Origin: an uncultured Methanoregulaceae archaeon
GTDB lineage: Archaea; Halobacteriota; Methanomicrobia; Methanomicrobiales; Methanospirillaceae
DNA: 64,000 nt
NCBI GenBank assembly: GCA_963717525.1
Contig: OY970343.1
Span: 1,856,001 to 1,920,000, forward strand
Direction of reading: 5' to 3'
Numbering within the stretch: the stretch's first letter is position 1; each line of letters starts with the position of its first letter. This document shows, in pieces, positions 21,722 to 33,082 of this stretch. The translations under genes were made by a program, and so were the position numbers. Under the pieces are notes generated by a model. It searched no databases. It had not been told where the DNA came from and saw nothing but the letters and a program-made list of their open reading frames with translations.

Positions 21722-21825
21722 GGCCGTGCCGGCCAAACCTGTTCTCTTTTTTTGCCCGGATAGAAATTTTTTTTCTGCTCTGGAGAAAACCTCTTTATAA
21801 AAATTATGCGCCCCCTTTACGCCAG

Positions 21826-21850
21826 CCCTGCCCCCGAGGGGGCGGGGGCG
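21826..21850. repeat. GC hairpin between convergent hmgA and rimI
   Basis: CCCTGCCCC-CGAG-GGGGCGGGG. Confidence 0.5.
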
Positions 21851-21924
21851 GAGGCTTGCCGTAGACCTAAAAGAGCGTCAGAAAAATCCTGGAGACCAAA
21901 ATAGCGTATTTAACATCCGGTCTG

Positions 21925-22412
21925 TCAGAACCGGAACCACTTCATCATCACGAGCGCGTCCTCACCGTTCGCATAATAGCCGCCGACCTGGAAGACGTTC
22001 TCGTACCCGAGGCGTCGGTAGAATCTCTGCGCAGGGGCATTTGATTCCCGTACCTCGAGCTGGGAGCCGCTCGCGCTCTCCAGCGCAAACTGGTGTTCGA
22101 GCCGGAGCACGAGCTGCCTGCCGATCCCTCTGCGCTGGGATGGTGCACTCACGGCAAAGTTGCAGATATGGCCGTAGATATTTTCCCCGGTGTCCTCGAG
22201 CGCCCCGACAATAAAGCCGGCAACCGTTCCCTCGTACGCCGCAACAAAATAGGTCGTCGGGTAATAGGACAGGGCCTCGGTGAAGATTTCTGCGTCCCAC
22301 GGGTCGGCAAACGCCTCCGTCTCGATTGCAACAATAGCCGGAACATCAGCAGGTAAGGCCCGCCGGATAAACGGGACGGCCGGGATGACAGCCAGGGGGG
22401 GGAACGGATCAT
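21925..22412 (-). CDS. rimI: RimI/Ard1-like N-acetyltransferase (frameshift in G8 run at 22395-22402)
   Basis: Adding one base gives ...IETEAFADPW...GHICNFAVS...RRGIGRQL...LEVRESNAPAQRFY..LGY...YYANGEDALVM. Confidence 0.85.
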
Positions 22413-22592
22413 GGGTAACGGGTCCTTATGCGTGCAGTAACATCAGTTACCCCGCGGTACAATAAGCATTGCGCCGCAGGCAGGGTCCACGCAGGGCCCG
22501 CGTTACCGCGCGGAGGTCTTTGACTATATATGGGATCTCACCCAAATGTATGAGAAAGAACGCCCTTTTTTTGAGGGGCGCTGGTTGGTGTC

Positions 22593-23858
22593 ATGGTAAA
22601 CGTCTATCGTTTTGCCGCGGTGCGACCCGCACCGGGTGAAGCCCAGTCCATCGCGGCAGTCCCGTACGATGTCGTGACCGCGGACGAGGCGCGGGCGATC
22701 ATTGCAGAGAACCCGGATAGTTTCCTGACGGTCAGCCGGTCCGATGCGGAGCTCCCTGAAGTCCCGCCCTATGACGATCGGGTCTACGAGCGGGCCCGGG
22801 ACAATTTCCATGCGTTCCTTGCAAGCGGCCGGCTCAAAAAGGATGACCTTCCTGCGATGTATGTGTACCGGATCCGGCAGGACAATGATACCTTCCTTGG
22901 CCTCTTCTGCTGCCTTGATACCGAAGATTACCGCACCAACAGGATCCGCCGCCACGAGCTGACCCGGTACGACAAGGAAGAGGACCGGACCCGGCACATC
23001 GACGCAGTCCAGGCCCATGATGGCCCGGTCGTGCTCCTGTACCAGGATCCCGGCACGCTTTTTTCGTTCATCGAGTCTTTGATCGCATATCGCAAAAATC
23101 CTGATGCAGAAGTGCATACCCCTCAGGGTGGCATCCACCAGATCTTTGCCGTCACCGACCCGGCGGCACTCGATACGATAGAACACCGGTTCCGGGACGT
23201 GGCCAGCCTCTATATCGCCGACGGCCACCACCGCGCCAAGGCCGCGGTCAACCTCGCCGACCGGCTGCGTGCCGAGGGCCGGCCGGCCGATGGCGAGATA
23301 GACCGGTTCATGGGCGTACTCTTTGCCCATGACCGGGTGAAAATCCACGGCTACAGCCGGCTTCTTACCGATCTCGGCTCTTTTACCCCGGCAACGTTCC
23401 TCGCCGGCCTCGGGAAGCTGTATACGGTCACACCTTACGGCAATGTGGACGGGAGTGGGTACAACATCCGGCCGCATATTTCGCATCCCGAAAAATACCA
23501 CATTATGCACCTGTATCTCGAAGGAAAATGGTACGAGTGCACCCGGCCGATTGAACCGTCAGCAGGCCCGCTGGACGTGCTCGATGTCGCGGTGCTCCAG
23601 AAGATCGTGCTCGAAGGGATGCTTGACATCACCGATCCCCGGGGCGATGCCCGGCTCCAGTTCCTTGGCGGTGCCCGGCCGGTCGCCGATCTGGAAAAAC
23701 TCGTGGACGACGACACCTACCTGCTCGCGTTTGCGATGCAGCCGGTCCGGGTCGGGACCGTACTTGCAATTGCCGATGCCGGTGGCGTCATGCCCCCCAA
23801 GTCCACGTGGTTTGAGCCCAAGCTTTTAAGCGGGCTCGTCATCCACCCGTTTTCGTAA
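22593..23858 (+). CDS. DUF1015 family protein
   Basis: PYDVV, RHELT, LYIADGHHR and MPPKSTWFEPKL. Confidence 0.9.
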   Translation: MVNVYRFAAVRPAPGEAQSIAAVPYDVVTADEARAIIAENPDSFLTVSRSDAELPEVPPYDDRVYERARDNFHAFLASGRLKKDDLPAMYVYRIRQDNDTFLGLFCCLDTEDYRTNRIRRHELTRYDKEEDRTRHIDAVQAHDGPVVLLYQDPGTLFSFIESLIAYRKNPDAEVHTPQGGIHQIFAVTDPAALDTIEHRFRDVASLYIADGHHRAKAAVNLADRLRAEGRPADGEIDRFMGVLFAHDRVKIHGYSRLLTDLGSFTPATFLAGLGKLYTVTPYGNVDGSGYNIRPHISHPEKYHIMHLYLEGKWYECTRPIEPSAGPLDVLDVAVLQKIVLEGMLDITDPRGDARLQFLGGARPVADLEKLVDDDTYLLAFAMQPVRVGTVLAIADAGGVMPPKSTWFEPKLLSGLVIHPFS

Positions 23859-23920
23859 AGCCAAAAGGCCGGAACAGAAACCTGAACCTTTATTGTTTTT
23901 GGAGACCGAGGGTGTATGCA

Positions 23921-24793
23921 ATGATCACCCTCGCACTTCCCAAGGGCAGCCTTGAAGCGCAGACGCTCCAGCTCTTCAAGGAGGCCGATCTCGAAGTCAG
24001 GCGCACCGACCGCGACTATAACCCCCTCATCGCCGACAACCGGATCGGCAAGGTAAAGATCCTGCGCCCTCAGGAGATCCCAACCTACGTGGACAAGGGG
24101 TATTTCGACCTCGGCATCTCCGGGCTCGACTGGGTCCGAGAAACCGGCGCGGATGTCGTGGAAGTGGCAGCCCTCTCCTACAGCAAGACAGGGGAAGGGA
24201 ACGTGAAGATCGTGATTGCCGTCCACCGCGATGAACCTATGGAAGACGCCGCGCAGATCCGGCCCGGCAGCCGGGTGACAACGGAATACCCGGAGCTCAC
24301 GAAGAACTACTTCGCTGACCGCAACATCCCTGTCCAGCTCTTCCACTCGTTCGGTGCATCGGAGGCGAAGGTGCCCGATCTCATGGATGTGGTCGTCGAC
24401 CTGACCGAAACAGGGACGACACTGCGGAAAAACGGCCTCAAGATCATCGGCCAGATCATGGAATCGCACACGGTGATCATCGCAAACAAGGTGGCATGGG
24501 CAGACCCGGAAAAAAGGCGCGAGATAGAAGAGATTAAAACCCTGCTCTTTGGGGTTCTCGACGCCCGGCATAGGGTGCTCCTTTCGATGAACGTGCCGAC
24601 CGCGGCGCTCGAAAAGATCGTCTCGGCGCTTCCGGCTATGAAAAAGCCGACGGTCAGCCGGCTCCACGGCATCGACTACTACAGTGTCCAGACTGTTGTG
24701 CAGAAGAGTACGGTCAACAGCCTTATCCCGAAGCTGAAGGCCTGCGGGGCAGAAGATATCCTCGAAATCCCCATCGCAAAGATTGTGCCGTAA
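23921..24793 (+). CDS. hisG: ATP phosphoribosyltransferase (long form)
   Basis: LALPKGSL, RPQEIP, DLGISGLD, VDLTETGTTLRKNGL and a C-terminal regulatory domain. Confidence 0.95.
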   Translation: MITLALPKGSLEAQTLQLFKEADLEVRRTDRDYNPLIADNRIGKVKILRPQEIPTYVDKGYFDLGISGLDWVRETGADVVEVAALSYSKTGEGNVKIVIAVHRDEPMEDAAQIRPGSRVTTEYPELTKNYFADRNIPVQLFHSFGASEAKVPDLMDVVVDLTETGTTLRKNGLKIIGQIMESHTVIIANKVAWADPEKRREIEEIKTLLFGVLDARHRVLLSMNVPTAALEKIVSALPAMKKPTVSRLHGIDYYSVQTVVQKSTVNSLIPKLKACGAEDILEIPIAKIVP

Positions 24794-24939
24794 TCGCAAT
24801 CTTCGTTTTTCACATTGTCATAAAACCTGTGTGCATGCCGGAAGAGCGGGCAACCAGCCGGTATCCCTTCTGGCACCCTCCATGGCAGTATCCGAATAAA
24901 AACAATATTTATATCCCTTCAACCGACTATAGCCCTTTA

Positions 24940-25525
24940 ATGAAAATGATGCGCTTTTCCGGGCTGGCCTGCCTGGCTGCCGGGCTGGTTGTCCTGTTCC
25001 TGTTTTGTGCGGCCTGTACCCTCGGGCCCGTCCGGACAGGCTCCGGCAGCAGGGAACACGACGCCGACCACGGGAGGATTTTCAGCGGTTGTCGGAACCA
25101 CCAGCAGCCAGCATGAGACGTTCACGCTTGAAGAAGCCGAATCCGCCGCGCTTCAGCAGAACCAGTCGTTTTTTTATCTCCGTGGAGAGCACGTAGATAA
25201 CTCAGGGAAGGCGGAACGGTGGATCTTTGGGATCAGAGAGGGGAATGTATCGTCGATGCAAGTCTATGATGCAACGGGAGTTTCCACGCTCGCCCTGCCG
25301 GATGGATTACCCGTTGCAGAAAATATTCCTGCAGGTGTCCTGTCTCTCGCCGATATACTGAAGATCGCCTCTTCTTCGCCCGGTGCCGGTTCGCTGGACC
25401 TGAACGGGGGGATGGCCACTCTGGAACTGACGAATGGGGAATATACAATCACAGGACCCGGGTCTGTCAATCAGGGAATCGTCATCAATGCGACAACAGG
25501 AGAGTTGATTGCAGCCCATGATTGA
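24940..25525 (+). CDS. Putative lipoprotein (frameshift ~25020)
   Basis: Signal peptide ending FCAACT continues in another frame to INATTGELI; TTTATAT box at ~24908. Confidence 0.6.
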
Positions 25526-26669
25526 TGATGCCGGAAACCTATCCATAGATTTTTTGGCGGGTTTCACCATCTTCATGATTACATTGATCTATGTGGCAAC
25601 CCTGATCCCGACCCTCTTCCTTGGTCTCCAGAGCAGCTCCATCGATTACGATGCCGTCGCCTACCGGACGGGTGTGATCCTTGTGGAGGATCCCGGCATG
25701 CCTTACAATCCCTCGTGGGAGACCCTGCCGAATACCTCAGATAGCCAGATCCTGAGGTTCGGGCTGGCCCTGTCAAAAGATACTCCCAATATATTGTCAC
25801 CCGAAAAAATAAACCGGTTTTTCTGCAGCACCGAATTTGTCTATCCCGATGATTACCAGTCTCGTGCAGTCTTCGGGAATTATCCTTACCTGTTCAATAT
25901 CTCATTCCAGATGGCAGGATCCAATGTGACGCAGTCGGTGGGTGACATCGTCCCGGAGAACTATGGGTACACCCGGCGGGTAGTCAAGGTAAAGGAGCAT
26001 AGCAATGCCACCATGGACTTTTCAGGCTTCAATGTGAATCCGATCACGGGCCAGCCCTCGGAAAATTACACGCAGAATGCAACCACCCAGTCATTTTCGG
26101 TCTATTTTAATTACACGTACCTGCTCGATAACGGGCCCGACAATAACAACCCGGCATACCAGATCAATCCCCTCGCGCCTTCGGGATCAAGTGGGATCAC
26201 AGGGGGAGAGGGGGCACTCATCAACCTCACTGACCTGAACCAGATCCCACAGAACTATGGCGGCATTAATACAACCGTAAACCTGTCAGGTATCATGGTA
26301 TACAGATCAGTTTCACTTGCCCCGCTGGGAACAGGCCAGTCGCCATTTGTAGGTCCGATCTTGAATTCTACGAATCCCATCCAGTTTGAGTTATTCGTCG
26401 ATGGTAATTCCACACCTGTTACAAACTTACCAATACCGGTTAATGATAGCGTATCGCTCTATATTCCCCCGGGCTTACTCAGCTTCTTAGGACAGGGCGA
26501 CTCGAGCACTCTCTTAAACGTCACCATGCAGTTCAATCTGAACCAGCAGGACTGGTACATCAACAGTACCCAGATGCCGCCCTATGGTGCTTTCGACTAT
26601 AACTACACCAACCCCTATATCACCCAGCCACAACTGAAGGACGGTGTTATGGAGGTGGCGGTATGGTAA
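25518..26669 (+). CDS. Pilin-like protein 1 (class III signal peptide)
   Basis: MIDDAG|NLSIDFLAGFTIFMITLIYV; many N-x-S/T sequons. Confidence 0.75.
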   Translation: MIDDAGNLSIDFLAGFTIFMITLIYVATLIPTLFLGLQSSSIDYDAVAYRTGVILVEDPGMPYNPSWETLPNTSDSQILRFGLALSKDTPNILSPEKINRFFCSTEFVYPDDYQSRAVFGNYPYLFNISFQMAGSNVTQSVGDIVPENYGYTRRVVKVKEHSNATMDFSGFNVNPITGQPSENYTQNATTQSFSVYFNYTYLLDNGPDNNNPAYQINPLAPSGSSGITGGEGALINLTDLNQIPQNYGGINTTVNLSGIMVYRSVSLAPLGTGQSPFVGPILNSTNPIQFELFVDGNSTPVTNLPIPVNDSVSLYIPPGLLSFLGQGDSSTLLNVTMQFNLNQQDWYINSTQMPPYGAFDYNYTNPYITQPQLKDGVMEVAVW

Positions 26670-27214
26670 ACGATCATGGCCAGCTTTATACCATCGAGGG
26701 CATCGCCGCCGGAATGATTATGCTTTTTACGACATACCTTGTCCTGGGAGCGACGACGGTTTATACACCGGGCGACAGCCATATCAGCGATATGCAGCTG
26801 GAACAGACTGGAACGGACGCCCTTATGATGATGAACACGCCGGCGAACGGGACAACGGGAAGCCAGCTTCAGGAAATTGTTGACAATTTGCCGGTGGTTA
26901 ATGGAGCTATTGCTGCTGCTGCAAATCCCTACGATCTTACAACGAATCCCTTCAATACAATGTTCCCGAATTATGTGAATAATAAGACGGGAAATGAAAC
27001 GGATAACCTCCACTATATTGCCAGTGTTACGTATTATGATATATCCAATAGAACAACCGGAAGTCTGCTGCTTGCAGCAAATCGCAACCTTAGCGGAGTC
27101 GAACATCCGGTCCGGGTGACGGAATGGATGATTATCGATAAACCGGTTCCGGGGGATGTAATGCTGACCGAACCTCGTGCTGTATTAGTTGAGGTACTCT
27201 TATGGCGGGATTAA
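26663..27214 (+). CDS. Pilin-like protein 2
   Basis: MVNDHG|QLYTIEGIAAGMIMLF. Confidence 0.75.
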   Translation: MVNDHGQLYTIEGIAAGMIMLFTTYLVLGATTVYTPGDSHISDMQLEQTGTDALMMMNTPANGTTGSQLQEIVDNLPVVNGAIAAAANPYDLTTNPFNTMFPNYVNNKTGNETDNLHYIASVTYYDISNRTTGSLLLAANRNLSGVEHPVRVTEWMIIDKPVPGDVMLTEPRAVLVEVLLWRD

Positions 27215-27561
27215 GCGATGATGCACAGTGGATCGTGATGATGGGGTTTGTCATAAGCTTCAGTTTTTTCTTCCTCGCGATGATCCTCAACCAGTCTACG
27301 GTGGTCGGCCAGACCACGGCAGAAAGCGTGCTGGATTTTCCTAAAAATGACATCCGCGATGTAAGGAGTGTCATTATCAATTCATCAGAGATCGGGGATC
27401 CGGGTTATGTCCATAATGATATCATCAATATTTCGCTGTTCCGGAAAAAGGCCGTGGTGAATTACATCTGTAACCCAACGGGATGTACGATGCCATACAC
27501 CATCAGCATCCATTACAACAACGGGGTGACTTCATACAATGAAACCTGGGTACCATCGTAA
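27202..27561 (+). CDS. Pilin-like protein 3
   Basis: SDDA|QWIVMMGFVISFSFFFLAMILN. Confidence 0.7.
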   Translation: MAGLSDDAQWIVMMGFVISFSFFFLAMILNQSTVVGQTTAESVLDFPKNDIRDVRSVIINSSEIGDPGYVHNDIINISLFRKKAVVNYICNPTGCTMPYTISIHYNNGVTSYNETWVPS

Positions 27562-27994
27562 AAACCACGCAGAGGCCGGGGTGAGTACTCTTATCGAGTA
27601 TGTCATGATAACCACAATTCTTCTGATTCTCTTTGTTGTAGTGCTTCTTTCAGTAAACGCAAACTTCATGCAGGGGCCGGCGGAGACGCTGCAATACAAT
27701 GCATTTACCGATATCGGAAACGGGGTATCGACGCGGATCGTTGATGTGTACGCCATTGCACCGACAACAGGCAACATCACCTCATCCTTCAATCTTCCTG
27801 ACGATGTGGCGGGACAGAACTATTTTGTCGATATCTACACGGGGGCAACAGCAGCAGATCAGGGGGTCATGGTCTACCAGGGTAACATTGTCAGCAATAT
27901 CAGTCTTGCCGGCATCAGCTCAACCCGGAATGTGACCGGGAATACAACAGGTAATGGGATAAACCAGATAAGTTATGATTCGGGAGGGTTCTGA
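27539..27994 (+). CDS. Pilin-like protein 4
   Basis: AEAG|VSTLIEYVMITTILLILFVV. Confidence 0.75.
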   Translation: MKPGYHRKNHAEAGVSTLIEYVMITTILLILFVVVLLSVNANFMQGPAETLQYNAFTDIGNGVSTRIVDVYAIAPTTGNITSSFNLPDDVAGQNYFVDIYTGATAADQGVMVYQGNIVSNISLAGISSTRNVTGNTTGNGINQISYDSGGF

Positions 27995-27998
27995 AACG

Positions 27999-28817
27999 AT
28001 GCAACAGAAACGAGGGAAGAAAAACAGAGCGGATCGGGCAATATCAGAAGCGATCGGATTTATTATTATTTTCGGGATTATTATCGCCGGGATCGGACTG
28101 GTGACGATGTATGGGTACCCGATGCTTTTGCAGCAGCAGTCCAGCTCAAATGAGCAGATCATGGAGAAGAACATGATTGTCCTGCAGAATGATCTCAAGA
28201 GTATCGCTTACAAAACAGTACCCTATACAGAAACATCACTGAATGTGGGTGGCGGTGCGCTCACAGTCTATAATATGACGTATGACAATGCTACGGAATC
28301 GAATTTTGCAGTTTATGATGATAATGGGATTATTGCATTCCAAACTAATCCTCTGCTCTTCTTCACCGGGGACCTCCGGTATGAATCGACAAGTGCCCAG
28401 ACCGGCCTGTCGCTTGAGAACGGTGCGGTTGTCAAAAGGATGCTTGCCGAGAGCGGGTCGAGCATGCTTGCAGAACCCCGGTGGTATTATGACAGTCAGA
28501 CCAATACCGCCGTGATCTACCTGATTGGTTTTACTACCCCCACTACAGATATTCTTTCACAGGAAGGAGTCGGCACCGTGAAAATGAATTTGGATCTGAC
28601 CAACTACACTTCGTATAATCTTCCGGCTGGTGACGGACTCTATGTCAGGTATCTTCCCAACAACAACGCGGATTATTCAGCAGCGTGGGACAATTATTTT
28701 ACCGGCACGCTTAACCTGAATTCATTAGGAGGGGGCGTGTATCAATGGCCCCTGAATTCTGCCCAGTCTGCAGAAGTGGTGATCTACCAGTACCAAGTCG
28801 CCATAGAGTCGGTATAA
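27999..28817 (+). CDS. Pilin-like protein 5
   Basis: ADRA|ISEAIGFIIIFGIIIAGIG. Confidence 0.78.
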   Translation: MQQKRGKKNRADRAISEAIGFIIIFGIIIAGIGLVTMYGYPMLLQQQSSSNEQIMEKNMIVLQNDLKSIAYKTVPYTETSLNVGGGALTVYNMTYDNATESNFAVYDDNGIIAFQTNPLLFFTGDLRYESTSAQTGLSLENGAVVKRMLAESGSSMLAEPRWYYDSQTNTAVIYLIGFTTPTTDILSQEGVGTVKMNLDLTNYTSYNLPAGDGLYVRYLPNNNADYSAAWDNYFTGTLNLNSLGGGVYQWPLNSAQSAEVVIYQYQVAIESV

Positions 28818-29097
28818 CGGTCCGGGGAGTACGCAGGAGGCCGGAAAATCCGGCGTATATTTTTGCCCGGATCATTTTGTTGAGGGATTGTGCTTAAACG
28901 AGATACCGGCCTTTTGGAAAACAAAGGGTTCTTCGTAAACCGGTTACAGGATCGGAAAATGTATTCATTATATCACTTTTTATGAGAAAGCGCTCTAATT
29001 AGTGCTTATTTTCCGTATCCGACAGATATCCCAGAGATTAAACAAATAATAATTTTTATATATTCGTCCTGTCAATACCATACACAAGTGACGGGGT

Positions 29098-32000
29098 ATG
29101 CGTGTTCATCTTATTTTGATTGCACTGATTGGACTCCTCCTGCTGGCGGGTGCAGGAAGTGCCGCATTGATACCGGACCAGAATTCGATACTTGTCAGCA
29201 GTAATGACTGGGTCGTGGTAAACCACCAGTCAACTATCAGCGTCTTTGCATATAATTCAACAAGCTTAACCCCGGTTCCCGGTGCCACCGTTACTATGGT
29301 GCTGACCAACTCGACGACGTTCGGATCGCTGACGATGAATAATGGTACCACGGATGGAAACGGGCAGGCGACCGCGACTTTTTCTGCGGGAACCAAAACC
29401 GGCGCGGTCAATATCACGGCAACAATAACCTATAATGACGGCGGAAATATCATCACCGTAACCAATGTTTATACCCAGAAGATCGATCATGACGTTGCAC
29501 AGAATGCAGCGTTTGACTTCCAGAATGAAGTGACTGTAGGGACGGAGACACCCTTCAACATCAGCTTTACCGATCAGTATGGTAACCCCATTGACAACCG
29601 GAACCCCATTGACCCCCACACTATAACGCTCTGGATATCAGGCCCCGGCACCATGGCAGACTTCAATATCAGCGGGAGTTATGTCCAGCAATCGCCGTTC
29701 CTGCTGGATGCAAACGGGAACATCTCGGTCAGTGTACGTACGGATACCATGCCGGGCGAGAACATGGTCCTTCTCTATCCTTTCCAGAATGTCGGCCAGC
29801 CGTTGGGTATTTATCAGTTTATCTATGGTATAAATGATGGTGTTCCGTATTCCATAGCTGAGTCAATTACCCCCTCAACGTTAACCCAGCCGGCGGACAA
29901 CAATCCACTTCACGTGTTTGCTATCACCGACACACTCTACGATAAATACGGAAACCCCACCGAAAACCAAGGCATTTTTGTGCAGTCCAACTGGGCCGGG
30001 GATCCTTCGGCGAACCTGACGACTAACCCCTTTGGCCAAGTGGTCTACACTTATGGCCCGCACAGCGCCTCAGGGTATGTAGTCCTGACGGCGACCGCCA
30101 TTTCAAATACATCGGTCAGCACGTCCAAAACGGTCCAGTTCTACAACACTGCCCCGGTGAATATGATATTCTCGGCAACGCCTCAGGTGATGCCAAGCCT
30201 CGATGCCAAGCCCGGCCAGACAGCTCAGCTTGTCGCAAAAGTCATGGATATGATGGGAAACCCGGTGCCCAACCAGACCGTAACGTTCAGTATGGGAGCA
30301 CCAACGTATACCTACCCAAACAGGCTCGATCAGCGGACCAATGCTCCAGAACACATCGGCGATCACCGATGTGAATGGTACCGCCATCGTTAACTTTGTG
30401 CCCGGAACATTCGACACGAATAAGGGAAACGTCAGTTACGACCCCACGGATACCGGCTATGTCACCGTGGCGGCAACCTGGAACACGATCAACCAGCCAA
30501 TCCAGCTGAGCTGGAAGAACTATCCCTACCTGAGCGAGCAGACCACGATCACTCCCCAGAACGTGAATGTAAACGGGATCTTCTCTGTCACGATAAGCCT
30601 CACGGCGGATGGTTGGAATCTGACCGGGACTCCTGCGGATGTTGTTATTGTTACCGATCTTGCCGGGGGTATCGGTGGGGCGGGACGACTGGCAAACACC
30701 AAAGCCTCGGAGGCCGGATTTATAAAGAATGCAACCGATAATACTTATATCTCTCTCGTGTCCTTCGGGGATAGTCCCACCCCAACCGGTCCCCCCTATG
30801 CCTCGGCTGATACGATTGCCCTCTGGAATCTCCAGCTGGCAAATACCTCTCATAAATTAACGCCATTCAATCCCTATGGCAATGTGTGGGACTTTAATCT
30901 GGTCAATCCTACCAACTGGAATAGCATTGTTAGTACAAGCACAGATTGTTTTGTATACGGTATAGGAAGCGGACATGCCTGCACCAATGCCACAAACCCG
31001 ATGAGCTACCAATATCTGAACCCAGGGTCAGATGCACAGATCGATACAGACCTGATGAACGCAGGACCTACCTATCCTGCGAATCAGGGGGCGCTTACCG
31101 GTATTGTCAATGGATATACAAGTTATATGAATTACGGAGGGACGGATTACGCAGCGGGGATCAATGCAGCGATCAAGGAGCTCAATTCCAAAGGCAACCC
31201 AACCCATAACCAGACCATCATTCTTATGGGGGACGGTATCAACATGATGGCCCCGATAGCTCCCGGGTCCCTCGAATCGTACTGGCCCTCTGACTGGAAT
31301 CCCCGGAACGGGACCGGTACTTCCGAAGGCCCCCAGCTTTGGTGGTTTGATGAGAGCGATATCGGAAAGGCTGCCAGTGTTGATGCAGCGAACCGGGCAA
31401 AGAGTCAGGGGATCACTATCTATGGCATCGGCTTCCCGGATGCTGACCTTTCCGGCCACAACAATATCTCGGATATGGCCTTTTTCGGCAGCATGGTATC
31501 CGCGCCGAGTACCCTTGTATTTCGCCCCTGATCCAACCACAATGACAGGCATATTCCAGATAATCGAGGGCGAGATCCAGAATACGGCGGGTGTGAACAC
31601 CACCATGAATCTGAACATGCAGAATGTCGCCGTGACCTACAACAATGTCACCAATATGACACCGGGTAACCAGACGTTCAATTACATATACGATCCCCTC
31701 GCGTCTACCATTATCACAGACCAGAACGGGAATACATACGTTATCAACCAGACCGATGATTGGATTCAGAACCAGACACTGTCATTCGATATCGGAAAGA
31801 TGACCGTCGGACAAACATGGAGTGCCACATTCGAGCTGCAGCTCCTGCTACCGGGCTCGATGAATCTTCCTGGAAACCAGTCGACCATCTGCTTTAATAC
31901 CGGAGAGTGCATGCAGCCCAATGGGGGCTCTATTAATGGGGTATATAATTACACCAATACCGGTTTTAACATGCCGGCAATCACTATCACCGATCTCCAA

Positions 32001-32309
32001 GTACAGAATAACACCATCACAAATGTAGCTCCCCTCCAGTGGAACATCACCTATCCCGGCAGCCAGTTTGCCACGGAAACAGTATACTATAATTCCCAAA
32101 GCGACCCCACATGGAAATTTATGTACCAGCAGCCGGTCAATCCAGGGAACTGGACCCAGTCTTATGACTGGAATGTCGGCAGCCTGCCCCCGGGAGTCTA
32201 TTCCATTGAGGTGATTGCCTATGCGCATGATGCTAACAGTGGTAAGGAAGTTATCGCTGACGCATTAACACTAGGACAATCTCCGAAAGCATTCATCCGA
32301 CTCCAATAA
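29098..32309 (+). CDS. Large secreted Ig-like (Big_1/invasin-type) plus vWA adhesin, ~1070 aa (frameshifts ~30320 and ~31515)
   Basis: Sec signal; TTDGNGQATATF, DQYGNP, DKYGNP and DMMGNPV Ig repeats; vWA elements VVIVTDLAGG, GGTDYAAGINAA, IILMGDG and ITIYGIGF. Confidence 0.75.
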
Positions 32310-32479
32310 TTTTTTTGAAACCTAAAAACCCTGTCTTCTGCCGGAAGTGATCACCGGCTTTCTGGTTTAAAAACTCTTCTTGTAAAGGGCAGGGCGTAGT
32401 TTAATAATAAGGAAATGATCTTTCTCCAGTTTAATTGAGCGGGAAGGTTAGTCCTGAAGGGATACCGGGCGCTGCCGGT

Positions 32480-32652
32480 TCAGAGGTAATGGCTGCATCT
32501 CAGCCACTTGATCTGCGGGCCGGTGTAACGGTAGACGGTGTCGCACTTGGTATCTTGGAAATTCCAGGGGACGATGATCAGGATATCCCTTCACGGATCC
32601 AGACCTTCTTTTTGATCCTTCCTTTGATTCGTCCCATCCGGGTCATGCTCAT
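32480..32652 (-). pseudogene. eif1a: N-terminally truncated second aIF-1A (57 aa after one-base correction)
   Basis: MSMTRMGRIKGRIKKKVWIREG[D]ILIIVPWNFQDTKCDTVYRYTGPQIKWLRCSHYL* aligns to the C-terminal half of the 15934 copy. Confidence 0.75.
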
Positions 32653-32841
32653 CACCTTTTCAGTGCAGGTGAAATCCCATTTTATATAAACTGAATTCAT
32701 GTTCTCGCCAACCGAAGATACCAGGTGCCATACAACGGATAGTTGAAAACAAAATCTGCCAAGTTCCGTTTCACCGGCGGTATAACCGGGGACCGGGCCC
32801 AAGGATCTCTTCACGAACCCCACGAAAGAAAAATGATCCAG

Positions 32842-32924
32842 TGCGAGAAGCAGGAGTCGAACCTGCGAACCCCTACGGGAACGGATCTTGAGTCCGCCTC
32901 TGTTGACCACTTAGATATTCTCGC
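32842..32924 (-). tRNA. trnL: tRNA-Leu(CAA)
   Basis: GCGAGAA...GCGGA-CTCAAGA-TCCGT, long variable arm, GCAGG-TTCGACT-CCTGC, TTCTCGCA; CCA not encoded. Confidence 0.93.
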
Positions 32925-33082
32925 GCAAGCTTAGTATTGGATTTCAGGATAGTAAAAGACTTTGACAAAGAGGAGCTCTTGTGCCAGGGCAGGTTATCCG
33001 GCCCTTCCGCCTGCCTCCCTTTGGCAGACCGGGATTCCCTCAACATCGGGGATCATCACGGCGGGTGTAAGGGTCGGGCGGG

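Noticed and set aside
22395..22402. G8 tract near the rimI start as a phase-variation or programmed frameshift site
   Set aside because: Indistinguishable from the many homopolymer indels elsewhere in the window.
24940..32924. Pilin/adhesin cluster as an island integrated at tRNA-Leu
   Set aside because: No integrase and no duplicate of the tRNA 3' end (att site) found in the window.
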